A stretch of 27,751 nucleotides of DNA from positions 1 through 27,751 of the forward strand of contig DATNNA010000055.1 in assembly GCA_035602075.1 (NCBI GenBank), read 5' to 3'. The notes under the pieces were generated by a model. That model searched no databases and was not told the DNA's origin. It saw nothing but the letters and a program-made list of their open reading frames with translations. The DNA comes from Candidatus Binatus sp. (GTDB taxonomy: Bacteria; Chloroflexota; Dormibacteria; CF-121). A program made the translations under genes and the position numbers. This document shows, one piece after another, positions 15,851-25,866 of this stretch. Position 1 is the first letter of the stretch. Every line of letters begins with the position of its first letter.

Positions 15851-16425
15851 TGCAAACCAAACCCACCTTGCACAGCACCACCCATGCCACGCCGGTCGGT
15901 GAGCTCACACTCGTCGCATCTGACCAGGGGCTCAGGGCGATCCTCTGGCCAAAACTGTCGCCGGCGCGGGCCGGGATCCATCCCAGGCCGCATCGCAACC
16001 CCGATCATCCGATCCTCGTGCGGACAGCCGCCCAGCTCGATGAGTACTTCGCGGGCTCGCGCACGTCGTTCGATATCCCACTCGACCTGCAGGGCACGCG
16101 CTTCCAGCTCGCGGCCTGGCGGTCACTGGCCGATATCCCCTTCGGTGCCACGACCAGCTACGGCCGGCAGGCGGCCGCGCTCGGCATCCCGACGGCGGCT
16201 CGAGCGCTCGGCGCGGCGAACGGGGCCAATCCTGTCTGCATCGTTCTCCCATGCCATCGGGTCATCGGCGCCGACGGTTCGCTGACAGGTTTCGGCGGCG
16301 GGCTGCCAACCAAGCAATGGCTCCTCGACCATGAAGCGCGTGTGCTCGAATCTAGTATCGTGTCGACGCCCGAATGGCCACACCAGCAACCCGTGCAGAC
16401 GCGCTTATCCATGCCCGTGGCCTGA
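15850..16425 (+). CDS. ogt: methylated-DNA-protein-cysteine methyltransferase
   Basis: GTRFQ..W..L..IPFG.T.SY, RALG.ANGANP, active site PCHRV, LTGFGGG. TAATG coupling to the upstream gene. The C-terminal tail overlaps the next gene. Confidence 0.95.
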   Translation: MQTKPTLHSTTHATPVGELTLVASDQGLRAILWPKLSPARAGIHPRPHRNPDHPILVRTAAQLDEYFAGSRTSFDIPLDLQGTRFQLAAWRSLADIPFGATTSYGRQAAALGIPTAARALGAANGANPVCIVLPCHRVIGADGSLTGFGGGLPTKQWLLDHEARVLESSIVSTPEWPHQQPVQTRLSMPVA

Positions 16426-17315
16426 CCAAACGCTTCGCGAACCTCATCGCGGTCGACGCGATTGACTTCGACGTCGAGCGCGGTGAGGCGTTCGGCTTCC
16501 TCGGCCCGAACGGAGCCGGCAAAACATCGACAATGCGGATGATCGGCTGCGTCTCGGCCGCATCGAGTGGCACCTTGCGTGTGCTTGGCATGGACCCGGT
16601 CGAGGATGGCCCGCGAATTCGCGCGCGGCTGGGCGTCGTGCCACAGTCCGACACGCTGGACCTCGAACTCCATGTTGACGAGAACCTGTATACGTACGCC
16701 CGCTACTTCGGTCTGCCTCGTGATGTGGCCAGGCAACGCGCCCAGCAACTCCTCGATTTCGTCCAGCTGGCGGACCGTGCCCGTGATGACGTCGAGCTTC
16801 TTTCCGGTGGGATGAAGCGGCGGCTCACGATCGCCCGCGCCCTCGTCAACGAGCCCGATCTGCTGCTCCTCGATGAGCCCACCACCGGGCTCGACCCGCA
16901 GGCGCGGCACCTGGTTTGGGACCGCCTCTACCGCCTCAAGCAGCAGGGCGTGACGATCGTCTTGACCACGCACTATATGGAAGAGGCGGAGCAGCTCTGT
17001 GATCGCTTGGTCGTCATGGACAAGGCGAAGATCGTCGCCCTCGGATCTCCGCGAAGCCTGATCGACCAGTACTCCAGCCGCGAGGTGCTCGAGCTGCGCT
17101 TTCCGATCGACACCACCCCGGCGCTCGACAAGCTGGACGGTCTCGCGGAGCGCATCGAGGCGCTCCCCGACCGCGTCCTCCTCTATACCCAGGACGGCGA
17201 AGCGGCGGCCGTCGCGGTCCACAGTCGCGGCCTGCGGCCGGAGTCTATTCTGGTCCGCCGGAGCACGCTCGAGGACGTTTTCCTTCGACTCACGGGCCGG
17301 AGCTTGATCGAGTGA
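16374..17315 (+). CDS. ABC-2 exporter ATP-binding subunit (NodI/DrrA-like)
   Basis: Walker A GPNGAGKT, signature LSGGMKRR, Walker B LLLLDEPT, THYMEEAE, C-terminal LEDVFLRLTG. Confidence 0.93.
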   Translation: MATPATRADALIHARGLTKRFANLIAVDAIDFDVERGEAFGFLGPNGAGKTSTMRMIGCVSAASSGTLRVLGMDPVEDGPRIRARLGVVPQSDTLDLELHVDENLYTYARYFGLPRDVARQRAQQLLDFVQLADRARDDVELLSGGMKRRLTIARALVNEPDLLLLDEPTTGLDPQARHLVWDRLYRLKQQGVTIVLTTHYMEEAEQLCDRLVVMDKAKIVALGSPRSLIDQYSSREVLELRFPIDTTPALDKLDGLAERIEALPDRVLLYTQDGEAAAVAVHSRGLRPESILVRRSTLEDVFLRLTGRSLIE

Positions 17316-17325
17316 TCGGCCGGCC

Positions 17326-18093
17326 ATGACGGGCGCACTGCGCGTCCTCGAGCATCATCTGTTCGTCTACCGGCGCACCTGGAAGGGATCCGTCTTCATG
17401 TCGTTCGTCTCGCCCGTCTTGTTCCTGACCGCGATGGGCGTCGGGCTCGGCAGCCTGATTTCGCGCGGGCCGGTTCGAACGGTCGACGGCGTTTCCTACG
17501 TGGCCTTTCTCGCTCCCGGTCTGCTCGCCGCCACCGCGATGCAATCCGCCTTTGTCGAAACGACCTATCCGATCATGGCCCGGATTGTATGGCTTCGTAC
17601 CTACGATGGCATGCTGGCGACACCGATCCGCGTCCTCGATGTGCTGGCTGGGGAATTCGGCTGGCTCGCTCTCCGGCTAGGGCTTGGCAGCTGCGCGTTC
17701 TTTCTCGTCATGCTGCTCTTTGGCACGGTCCACTCCGGGCTGGGGTTGCTGGCGATCGTCGTCGCCGTCCTGACCGGCCTCGCCTTTGGCGCGCCGATCT
17801 TTGCCTTTACGGCAACGCAGCGTACGGACAACAGTTTTGCCCTGATCGGCCGGCTCCTGATCACGCCGCTCTTCCTGTTAGGCGGCGTCTTCTTCCCCAT
17901 CCACCAGCTGCCGCAACTCGTCCAGGGAATCGCCTGGCTCACGCCACTCGCCCATGGCGTGGCGCTGGCCCGCGGCCTCTCCGTCGGTGTGCTGGCGCCA
18001 TCCGCTGCCATGAACCTCGCGGTCTTGCTCGTCTATGCCGGGATCGGCATCGTCGCTGCCCGTGTCACCCTGCGACGGCGACTGGTTCCATGA
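17326..18093 (+). CDS. ABC-2 type permease (NodJ-like)
   Basis: Approx. six TM segments; Y..FLAPGL, YDGMLATP, GGVFFPI.QLP, TPL.HGV.L.R. Confidence 0.9.
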   Translation: MTGALRVLEHHLFVYRRTWKGSVFMSFVSPVLFLTAMGVGLGSLISRGPVRTVDGVSYVAFLAPGLLAATAMQSAFVETTYPIMARIVWLRTYDGMLATPIRVLDVLAGEFGWLALRLGLGSCAFFLVMLLFGTVHSGLGLLAIVVAVLTGLAFGAPIFAFTATQRTDNSFALIGRLLITPLFLLGGVFFPIHQLPQLVQGIAWLTPLAHGVALARGLSVGVLAPSAAMNLAVLLVYAGIGIVAARVTLRRRLVP

Positions 18094-18896
18094 TCGCGGT
18101 TCTCGAGCGTCGCCGGCGGTTCCAGGTCCCGGTGGCCGGCCGGGCAGCCCACCTGGTCGAGCGCAATGCGCTCCTCTACCGGCGCGGGTGGCCCGTCATC
18201 GTGTCGGGTTTTATCGAACCGCTCCTGTACTTGCTCGCGATCGGCTTCGGAGTTGGCGCGCTGGTGGGCAGGAGCGTCGTCGTCGACGGCCATCCGCTCC
18301 GTTACGCGGTGTTCGTCGCCCCTGCCTTGATGGCCTCCTCCGCGATGAACGGCGCGATCTTCGAGACCGCCTTCAATTTTTTCTACAAACTCAAGTACGT
18401 CAAGCTCTACGATGCCGTGCTCGCGACGCCACTCGGCGTCGCTGACATCGCGCTCGGGGAGATCGTCTGGGCGCTGATCCGGGGCACGCTCTATGCCTTC
18501 GGCTTCATCGTCGTCATGGCCGCGCTTGGACTCGTGCTTTCACCCTGGGCACTGCTCGCTCTGCCGGCCGCCATGTTGATCGGCTTCTCGTTTGCCGCCG
18601 TCGGAACGGCGGCCTCGACGTTCGTCCGCAACTGGCAGGATTTCGACCTCGTCCTGACCGTCCTGATTCCCCTGTTTCTCTTCTCCGCGACCTTCTATCC
18701 CATCACCGTCTACCCGGGGCCACTGCAGGTGGTGGTGCAGTTGACGCCGCTCTATCACGGCGTCGACTTGCTGCGGAGCCTGACGACCGGCATGATCGGC
18801 CCTTCGATCCTGGCCGACATCGCCTATCTGGTAATCCTCGGCGCGGCGGCCCTCGTCCTCGCCGCAACCCGGCTCGAGCGCCTGCTGCACAAGTAA
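18090..18896 (+). CDS. second ABC-2 type permease
   Basis: ATG at 18090 overlaps the previous stop (ATGA); YAVFVAPAL, YDAVLATP, SATFYPI..YP, TPLYHGV.L.R. The ORF-track extension to 17589 is spurious. Confidence 0.9.
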   Translation: MIAVLERRRRFQVPVAGRAAHLVERNALLYRRGWPVIVSGFIEPLLYLLAIGFGVGALVGRSVVVDGHPLRYAVFVAPALMASSAMNGAIFETAFNFFYKLKYVKLYDAVLATPLGVADIALGEIVWALIRGTLYAFGFIVVMAALGLVLSPWALLALPAAMLIGFSFAAVGTAASTFVRNWQDFDLVLTVLIPLFLFSATFYPITVYPGPLQVVVQLTPLYHGVDLLRSLTTGMIGPSILADIAYLVILGAAALVLAATRLERLLHK

Positions 18897-18901
18897 CGGA
18901 G

Positions 18902-19729
18902 TTAGGAAACGGAGTTCAGGAAGTCCAGCACCAACCGATTGAATTCTTCGGGGCGCTCCATGTTCGGCACATGCGCGACCCCGGGCATCACCACCAGCCG
19001 GGCTCCACGAATGCCACGCCCGAGTTCCTCGGCAGCCTGGCGGACGTCGTTGACGTCGCGGTCGCCGACGATGACCAGCGTCGGCACCCGAATCTCCCGG
19101 AGCCGACCAACCGCTGGCGGCTGGATCCGCTGCGGCTCGGCATCCGGCGGATAACGGGCGCTGTTATAAAAGTCCATTTCGCGGACGGCCGCGCGCAGCT
19201 GCGGATCGACATCAGCGGCGGTCCGGCCGCGGCCATAGAGCCACACCTCCATCTCGCGGTCGATGGCGGCATCGAGACCCTTATCGACGACCAGCTGATC
19301 GATCTCATCGATCATTTGGTCGTACTCGGCCGAATGCTTCCTGCCGCTCATTCCAGCGCCCACCAGGATCAGCGCCCTCACCATCTCGGGATGCTGCAGC
19401 GCGGTGTCGAGCACAGCCGAGCCGCCTACCGAGACGCCAAGAAGCGCGGCGGGCGCTATTCCCACTGCCCCCATGATGCCGGCAAGGTCCTCGCTACTCG
19501 AATACTTGCCGTGCGCCACGTCGGACTGCCCGAACCCCCGCATGTCATAGCTGAGCACACGATATTTCTTTGTGAATGCTGGCAACTGGGGCCCCCAACT
19601 TCGGCTGTCGGTGATACCGGAGTGGACCAGCACCAGAGACGCGCCGTCGCCCGTAACCTGGTAGTGGAGTTTCACACCGTTGACGTCGGCAAAGCCCAGC
19701 TGTGATGCGCTAGCTGCCCCCGGTGCCAT
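18902..19729 (-). CDS. alpha/beta fold hydrolase
   Basis: Nucleophile elbow GVSVG, YDMRGFGQS, Asp (GDRD), His (AHVPNME). Start placed at MAPG (19729) to avoid overlapping pepN. Confidence 0.88.
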   Translation of the reverse strand: MAPGAASASQLGFADVNGVKLHYQVTGDGASLVLVHSGITDSRSWGPQLPAFTKKYRVLSYDMRGFGQSDVAHGKYSSSEDLAGIMGAVGIAPAALLGVSVGGSAVLDTALQHPEMVRALILVGAGMSGRKHSAEYDQMIDEIDQLVVDKGLDAAIDREMEVWLYGRGRTAADVDPQLRAAVREMDFYNSARYPPDAEPQRIQPPAVGRLREIRVPTLVIVGDRDVNDVRQAAEELGRGIRGARLVVMPGVAHVPNMERPEEFNRLVLDFLNSVS

Positions 19730-19753
19730 TGCACCCGCTACATTACTAGGCAG

Positions 19754-22285
19754 ATGCACCCCGGAAACAACCTGACGCGGGATGAAGCCCGCCGTCGGGC
19801 CGAGCTAATCCAGACCCCCCTCTACGACATTTCACTCGATCTAAGCAGAGACAGCGACACCTTCGCCTGCGAAGCCACGATCCACTTCCTTTGCCAGGAG
19901 CCAGGCGCCAACAGCTTCATCGACTTCCTCGCGCCCTCGGTCGACAGCTGCGAGCTCAACGGCGAGGAGGTACCAAAGGAAGCATTCAACGGCGCCCGCA
20001 TCACGCTGAGCAATCTTCGCGATGCGAACGAGCTGCATGTGCTGGCGACTTGCGAATACCAGAACATCGGCGCCGGACTGAACCGCTTCAAGGACCCGGT
20101 CGACCATAAGATCTACCTCCACAGCCAGTTCGAAACGTTCGACGCGCACCGAATGTTCCCTTGTTTCGATCAGCCCGACCTGAAGGCGAGCTTCACCTTC
20201 ACGGTGCTGGCCCCCAGTGAATGGGTGGTGGTCTCGAATAACCCCGGTCAGGCCCAGACCGTCCCCGGCAAGGAGAACATCAAGCGATGGACGTTCGGGG
20301 CGACGCCCAAGATGTCCTCCTACCTGACGGCGATCGTCGCCGGACCCTACCATGGGGTCCGCGACCGGCACGGCGATGTCGACCTCGGCATCTTCTGTCG
20401 CCAGTCGCTGGCCCAGTACCTCGATCCCGATGAGATCTTCACCGTCACCAAACAGGGGCTCGACTTCTATGGCGAGGCTTACAAGTACCCCTATCCCTTC
20501 CAGAAGTACGATCAGCTCTTCGTCCCCGAGTTCAGCGCCGGCGCGATGGAGAACATCGGCGCCGTCACCTTCAACGAGGCGATGCTCTTCCGCTCCAAGG
20601 TGACGGAGGCGGTTCGCGAGGATCGCGCCAACGCCATTCTTCACGAGATGGCGCACATGTGGTTCGGCGACCTCGTGACGATGCGCTGGTGGGATGACCT
20701 CTGGCTGAACGAGAGCTTCGCGACCTTCATGTCGGTGCTCGCCCAGGTCGAGGCGACACGCTTCAAGAACGGCTGGGTGACATTCGCCAATCAATACAAA
20801 GCGGGCGCGCGCCGCCAGGATCAGCTGCCCACCACCCACCCGATCGCGGCCGACATCCCCGACATCGAATCCGTCTACCTGAACTTCGACGCCATCACCT
20901 ACAACAAGGGTGCCTGCGTCCTGCGGCAACTGGTTGCCTACGTTACGCAGGACACGTTCCTGCGTGGCGTCCAACGCTACATCAAGCAACGCCAGTACTC
21001 GAATGCCAGTCTCGCCGACTTCCTCTCCGATATCGAAGCCGGTTCCGGTCGCGACCTGAAGGCCTGGTCCAAGCTTTGGCTGGAGACGGCGGGCCTCAAT
21101 ACCTTGCGGCCATTGCCAACGGCACGAAGCGAGACGATAGGCTCCCTCGTGATCAAGCAGGAGGCGCCGCCTGAATTCCCGACCATCCGGCCGCACCGGC
21201 TGGCCGTCGGTCTGTACGACCGCAAGTCGGGTCGAATGCAGCTGCGCCGTCGCGTCGAGCTCGACGTCGCCGGCGAGGACACCCCCGTAAAGGATTTCGA
21301 TGGCGAGCGCCTCGCCGACCTTCTGCTCGTCAATGACCTGGACCTGACCTACGCGAAGATTCGTCTCGACGAGCGCTCACTGGCGACGGCGACCGACCAT
21401 CTCTCCGAGCTCTCCGACCCGCTAGCGCGGGCGATCACGTGGGCAGCGCTCTGGGACATGCTGCGCGATGCCGAGATCCCGGCCCGGCGCTATCTGCCGT
21501 TGATCCTCAAGAACATCCGCGGCGAAACCGACATCGGGGTCGTCCAGGATCTTCTGGCCCAAGCCGTCTCCGCCATCTTTGTCTACGGCGATCCGGCCAA
21601 CCAAGACGCGGCCCTCAAGATCCTGGCGGACCATTCGCTCCGGGTGGTCGATGACGCGCCGGCGGGCAGCGACCTTCAGCTGGCATGGGCGCATGCCTTC
21701 ATCAACGCCGCCCGCTCCCCGGAGCACCTTTCGGTCGTGCGCGGCTTGCTGGACGGCGTCAAAGTCTTCACAGGCCTCAAGATCGATACCGACTTGCGCT
21801 GGGCGATCGTGGGTGCGCTCGCCGGCGTCGGCAAAGACGACGGTCTCATCGATGCGGAACTGAAGCGCGACCCGACCGACGAGGGCCAGCGCCACGCGGC
21901 CGCCGCCCGCGCCGCCCGGCCCACCGCGGAAGCGAAAGAGCAGGTCTGGGCAGCGCTGATGGAGGACCTCACACTGCCGCTGGCCACCATGCGATCGATG
22001 ATGGGCGGCTTCCACCGCTTCGATCAGCGGCGAGTGCTCGAGGCCTACGCGGCTCGATACTTCCAGGCCCTGGCGAACGTCTGGAAGGAGCGGGACATCG
22101 AGATCGGCCTCGCCTTCGCGCGCATGATGTATCCGTCGGTCGTCGTCGACGACCACACCATTAAGGTGACCGACCAGTACCTCGCGCGTGAGAATGTCCC
22201 CGGGCCGGTGCGCCGGGTCCTGGTCGAAGCGAAGGACAGCATGCAGCGGGCGATGCGCGCGCGCGCCGTCGACGCCGCCGAATAG
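19754..22285 (+). CDS. pepN: aminopeptidase N (M1 family, actinobacterial type)
   Basis: GAMEN, HEMAHMWFGDLVTMRWWDDLWLNESFA zinc motif, FDAITYNKG, ERAP1-like C-terminal domain. Confidence 0.96.
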   Translation: MHPGNNLTRDEARRRAELIQTPLYDISLDLSRDSDTFACEATIHFLCQEPGANSFIDFLAPSVDSCELNGEEVPKEAFNGARITLSNLRDANELHVLATCEYQNIGAGLNRFKDPVDHKIYLHSQFETFDAHRMFPCFDQPDLKASFTFTVLAPSEWVVVSNNPGQAQTVPGKENIKRWTFGATPKMSSYLTAIVAGPYHGVRDRHGDVDLGIFCRQSLAQYLDPDEIFTVTKQGLDFYGEAYKYPYPFQKYDQLFVPEFSAGAMENIGAVTFNEAMLFRSKVTEAVREDRANAILHEMAHMWFGDLVTMRWWDDLWLNESFATFMSVLAQVEATRFKNGWVTFANQYKAGARRQDQLPTTHPIAADIPDIESVYLNFDAITYNKGACVLRQLVAYVTQDTFLRGVQRYIKQRQYSNASLADFLSDIEAGSGRDLKAWSKLWLETAGLNTLRPLPTARSETIGSLVIKQEAPPEFPTIRPHRLAVGLYDRKSGRMQLRRRVELDVAGEDTPVKDFDGERLADLLLVNDLDLTYAKIRLDERSLATATDHLSELSDPLARAITWAALWDMLRDAEIPARRYLPLILKNIRGETDIGVVQDLLAQAVSAIFVYGDPANQDAALKILADHSLRVVDDAPAGSDLQLAWAHAFINAARSPEHLSVVRGLLDGVKVFTGLKIDTDLRWAIVGALAGVGKDDGLIDAELKRDPTDEGQRHAAAARAARPTAEAKEQVWAALMEDLTLPLATMRSMMGGFHRFDQRRVLEAYAARYFQALANVWKERDIEIGLAFARMMYPSVVVDDHTIKVTDQYLARENVPGPVRRVLVEAKDSMQRAMRARAVDAAE

Positions 22286-22294
22286 ACCAACTCG

Positions 22295-23401
22295 CTAGAG
22301 CAATTCCGCGGTCTGGCGGGCGATCACCGCGTCTTCTCGCGCCTCGACACGCAGGATGGCGACCGGACTGCCGGGTCGGCTGATGATGGCGTCGTTTCTG
22401 GCATCCACAGCCGGGACCGCCCCGATCCCGAGTGGTACGAGCCGCCCAACGATCGCCGACCGAATCGACGCTGAATGTTCCCCAATGCCACCGGTGAAGA
22501 CCAGGCCGTCGAGCCGAGGCATGGCAGTAGCGACCGCCGCGATCCCGGCTGCGGCTCGGCTGACGAACATGTCGACGGCGAGGCGGGCGCGCTTCTTCCC
22601 CTCCCCTGCGGCCTTCTCGATTTCCCGCATCCCGGTAGCCCGGCCGAAAACGCCGACCAACCCTGACTGGTGGTCGAGCGCCTCCTCCAGCTGCCGCCAG
22701 CCGGCCCGCCGCGTCCGCAACATATATAGAAGGATGCCGGGGTCGATGGACCCGGACCGGGTGCCCATCATCAGGCCTTCCATCGGCGTCAGTCCCATCG
22801 ACGTGGCAGCGGACCGTCCGTTGAGGACTGCCGTGACCGAGCAGCCGCTGCCGAGGTGGGCCACGACCAGGGCCAGCTGAGCCGCCGGCCGGCCTAGCAA
22901 CTCAGCGGCGCGCCGCGTGGACCACTCGACCGACAGGCCATGGAAGCCGAAACGCCGAACGCCGTATTCGCGATGCCAGCGCCAGGGCACCGGGTAGAGG
23001 AACTGCTCCTCGCCGAGGGTGGCATGGAAGGCGGTGTCGAAGGCCGCGACCTGCGGCAGATTCGGGAGCGCCGAGCGGGCGGCACGGATCGTCGCGGCCG
23101 CGATCGGGTTGTGCAGCGGGGCGAACTCGGCCAGCGCTTCAATGCCCTTCACGACCCGCTCATCGACCCGCACTGCCGAACGAAACGTGGTCCCGCCGTG
23201 CACCACGCGGTGTCCGACTGCCTGGACTCCCGCAGGCTCCAGCTTCGACAGCAGCGAGCGGACCGTTCGCTCGATCCCCTTCTGCTTCGTCGCATCCGCC
23301 CCGAGCGAGACCTCGCCCTTGGCGATCGCCATGAGGTCGGCGGTATCAACGATGCTGCCCTTCAGCGAGCTGGAGCCGACGTTCAGGACGAGGACGCGCA
23401 T
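22295..23401 (-). CDS. ackA: acetate/propionate kinase
   Basis: LNVGSSSLK, GHRVVHGG, APLHN, FDTAFH, GFHG, HLGSG, GTRSGSIDP, FTGGIGE. Confidence 0.93.
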   Translation of the reverse strand: MRVLVLNVGSSSLKGSIVDTADLMAIAKGEVSLGADATKQKGIERTVRSLLSKLEPAGVQAVGHRVVHGGTTFRSAVRVDERVVKGIEALAEFAPLHNPIAAATIRAARSALPNLPQVAAFDTAFHATLGEEQFLYPVPWRWHREYGVRRFGFHGLSVEWSTRRAAELLGRPAAQLALVVAHLGSGCSVTAVLNGRSAATSMGLTPMEGLMMGTRSGSIDPGILLYMLRTRRAGWRQLEEALDHQSGLVGVFGRATGMREIEKAAGEGKKRARLAVDMFVSRAAAGIAAVATAMPRLDGLVFTGGIGEHSASIRSAIVGRLVPLGIGAVPAVDARNDAIISRPGSPVAILRVEAREDAVIARQTAELL

Positions 23402-23416
23402 GGCGTCAGTCCCCGA

Positions 23417-25798
23417 CTAGTAGGGCCAGGTCCAGTCGCGCACGTCCGGCACGTCCTCCCCGTGATCCCGGGTGTACTGCCGATGCCGGAGCCGCTCATC
23501 CACCATGTGCTGGCGGACGTGCCCGGCGCTGGCGCCGAGCCCGGGAACTCGGTCGATGACGTCGATCACCAGGCGGAACCGATCCAGATCATTGAGCATC
23601 ACCATGTCGAACGGCGTGGTCGTGGTGCCCTCCTCTTTGTAGCCCCGGACGTGCAAATTCCCGTGGTTCTTCCGCCGGTAAGTCAGCCGATGGATCAGCC
23701 ATGGATACCCGTGATAGGCGAAGATCACCGGCTTGTTGGTGGTAAAAAGCGCGTCGAACTCCGGGTCGGAGAGGCCATGCGGATGCTCCGCCTCGGGTTG
23801 GAGCTTCATCAGGTCGACCACGTTGATGACGCGAACCTTCAGATTGGGCAAGTGCCGACGGATGAGGTCGGTCGCGGCCAGCGTTTCCAGCGTCGGGATG
23901 TCGCCGGCGCAGGCCATCACCACGTCTGGCTCGCCGGTGTCGTTGCTGGCCCAGTCCCAGATCCCGATCCCGCGAGTGCAGTGGACGATCGCGTCCTCCA
24001 TCGACAGGTAGTTGAGTGATCGCTGCTTGCCGGCCACGATCACGTTCACGTACTGCTTGCTGCTCAGGCAATGGTCCGCGATCGACAGGAGGCAGTTGGT
24101 GTCGGGCGCCAGATAGACGCGCACGACATCGGGCTTCTTGTTGAGGACGACGTCGATGAAGCCCGGATCCTGGTGGGTGAAGCCGTTGTGGTCCTGGCGC
24201 CAGACGTGCGAGGACAGCAGGTAATTGAACGACGGGATCGGCCGGCGCCACGGAATCTTGTTCGTCACCTCGAGCCATTTCGCGTGCTGGTTGAACATCG
24301 AGTCAACGATATGGATAAACGCTTCGTAGCAATTGAACAGGCCGTGCCGGCCGGTCAACAGGTAGCCCTCGAGCCAGCCCTGGCAGAGGTGCTCGCTCAG
24401 CACCTCCATCACGCGGCCATCGGGTGCGAGATGGTCATCGATCGGCAGCCTTTCCGCCAGCCAGGTCCGGTTGGTCACGTCGAAGACCGCGCTGAGGCGG
24501 TTCGATACGGTTTCATCCGGCCCCATCAAACGGAAGTTCCGCGGATTGTTGGCGATGATGTCGCGGAGAAACTTTCCCAGCACCTTGGTTGCCTCGTCAA
24601 ATGTGGTCCCGGGTTTGTCGACCTTGATAGCGTAGTCGCGGAAGTCCGGCAACCGCAGTTCCTGGGTCAGCTCGCCGCCGTTCGTATGCGGATTCGCGCT
24701 CATCCGGCGCTGGCCCGTTGGCGGCAGCTCCGCCAGTTCGGCGACCAGCCTTCCGTTTTCGTCGAACAATTGCTCCGGGTGATAGCTGTGTAACCACTCA
24801 CCCAGGATCCGTAGGTGTTCTGGCTTTGTCATGTCGTCGACCGGCACCTGGTGCGAACGCCAGGTTCCCTCGACCGGCACGCCGTCCACTTCCTTAGGCC
24901 CCGTCCATCCCTTCGGCGTCCGCATGACGATCATCGGCCACTGCGGACGCGCTGCCCGCTTCTTCTTGCGCGCCGCGCCCTGGATCTCTTCGATCTCGTC
25001 AAGCACGAGGTCGAGCAGCGCCGCCATGCGCTGATGCATTTCCATCGGGTCATCCCCCGCGATGATGTACGGCGTGTAACCATAGCCTTCGAACAACCGG
25101 CGCAACTCGCTCTCCGGGATTCGCGCCAGCACCGTGGGGTTTGCGATTTTCCAACCATTCAAGTGGAGAATGGGAAGCACGGCGCCGTCGGTGATCGGGT
25201 CGAGGAACTTGTTCGAATGCCAGCTGGCGGCGAGTGGACCCGTCTCCGCTTCACCGTCCCCAATCACACAGAAGACCTTGAGGTCCGGGTTATCGAAGGC
25301 GGCGCCGTAGGCGTGGGTGAGCGCGTAGCCGAGCTCGCCCCCTTCGTGGATCGATCCGGGCGTCTCCGGCGCATCGTGGCTGGGGATGCCTCCCGGGAAT
25401 GAGAACTGCCGGAAGAGTTTCTGCAGGCCGACCGCATCGCGGCTGATTGCTGGATAGACCTCGCTGTAGGTGCCCTCGAGATAGGCGTTCGCGACCATCC
25501 CCGGCCCGCCGTGACCCGGGCCGCAGATGAAGATCGCATCGAGATCTCGCGCTTTGATCACCCGGTTCAGATGGGCATAGAGGAAATTCAGACCGGGGGT
25601 TGTCCCCCAGTGGCCAAGCAGCCGCGGTTTGATGTGTTTCACCTGCAGCGGCTCGTGTAACAGGGGGTTATTTAGCAGGTAAATCTGGCCGACCGACAGG
25701 TAATTGGCGGCACGCCAGTAGGCGTGCAATTTCTTGAGTTCGTCCTCGTTCAGCGGCCCTTCAGCAAGGGCGGCAGCCGGTCGTGGCCCGGTTTGCAT
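23417..25798 (-). CDS. xfp: phosphoketolase (Xfp/Xpk family)
   Basis: [70 protein letters not shown]. Start placed at ATG 25798 (793 aa). Confidence 0.96.
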   Translation of the reverse strand: MQTGPRPAAALAEGPLNEDELKKLHAYWRAANYLSVGQIYLLNNPLLHEPLQVKHIKPRLLGHWGTTPGLNFLYAHLNRVIKARDLDAIFICGPGHGGPGMVANAYLEGTYSEVYPAISRDAVGLQKLFRQFSFPGGIPSHDAPETPGSIHEGGELGYALTHAYGAAFDNPDLKVFCVIGDGEAETGPLAASWHSNKFLDPITDGAVLPILHLNGWKIANPTVLARIPESELRRLFEGYGYTPYIIAGDDPMEMHQRMAALLDLVLDEIEEIQGAARKKKRAARPQWPMIVMRTPKGWTGPKEVDGVPVEGTWRSHQVPVDDMTKPEHLRILGEWLHSYHPEQLFDENGRLVAELAELPPTGQRRMSANPHTNGGELTQELRLPDFRDYAIKVDKPGTTFDEATKVLGKFLRDIIANNPRNFRLMGPDETVSNRLSAVFDVTNRTWLAERLPIDDHLAPDGRVMEVLSEHLCQGWLEGYLLTGRHGLFNCYEAFIHIVDSMFNQHAKWLEVTNKIPWRRPIPSFNYLLSSHVWRQDHNGFTHQDPGFIDVVLNKKPDVVRVYLAPDTNCLLSIADHCLSSKQYVNVIVAGKQRSLNYLSMEDAIVHCTRGIGIWDWASNDTGEPDVVMACAGDIPTLETLAATDLIRRHLPNLKVRVINVVDLMKLQPEAEHPHGLSDPEFDALFTTNKPVIFAYHGYPWLIHRLTYRRKNHGNLHVRGYKEEGTTTTPFDMVMLNDLDRFRLVIDVIDRVPGLGASAGHVRQHMVDERLRHRQYTRDHGEDVPDVRDWTWPY

Positions 25799-25866
25799 AC
25801 CCCTCACGATAACGTGACAGCCCCCTCGAGTGATTTGTGGCGATCGAGTCCTAGACTGGCCGCGGG

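Noticed and set aside
22295-25798. xfp-ackA pair as a novel pathway
   Set aside because: Well-known phosphoketolase-acetate kinase operon with intact motifs.
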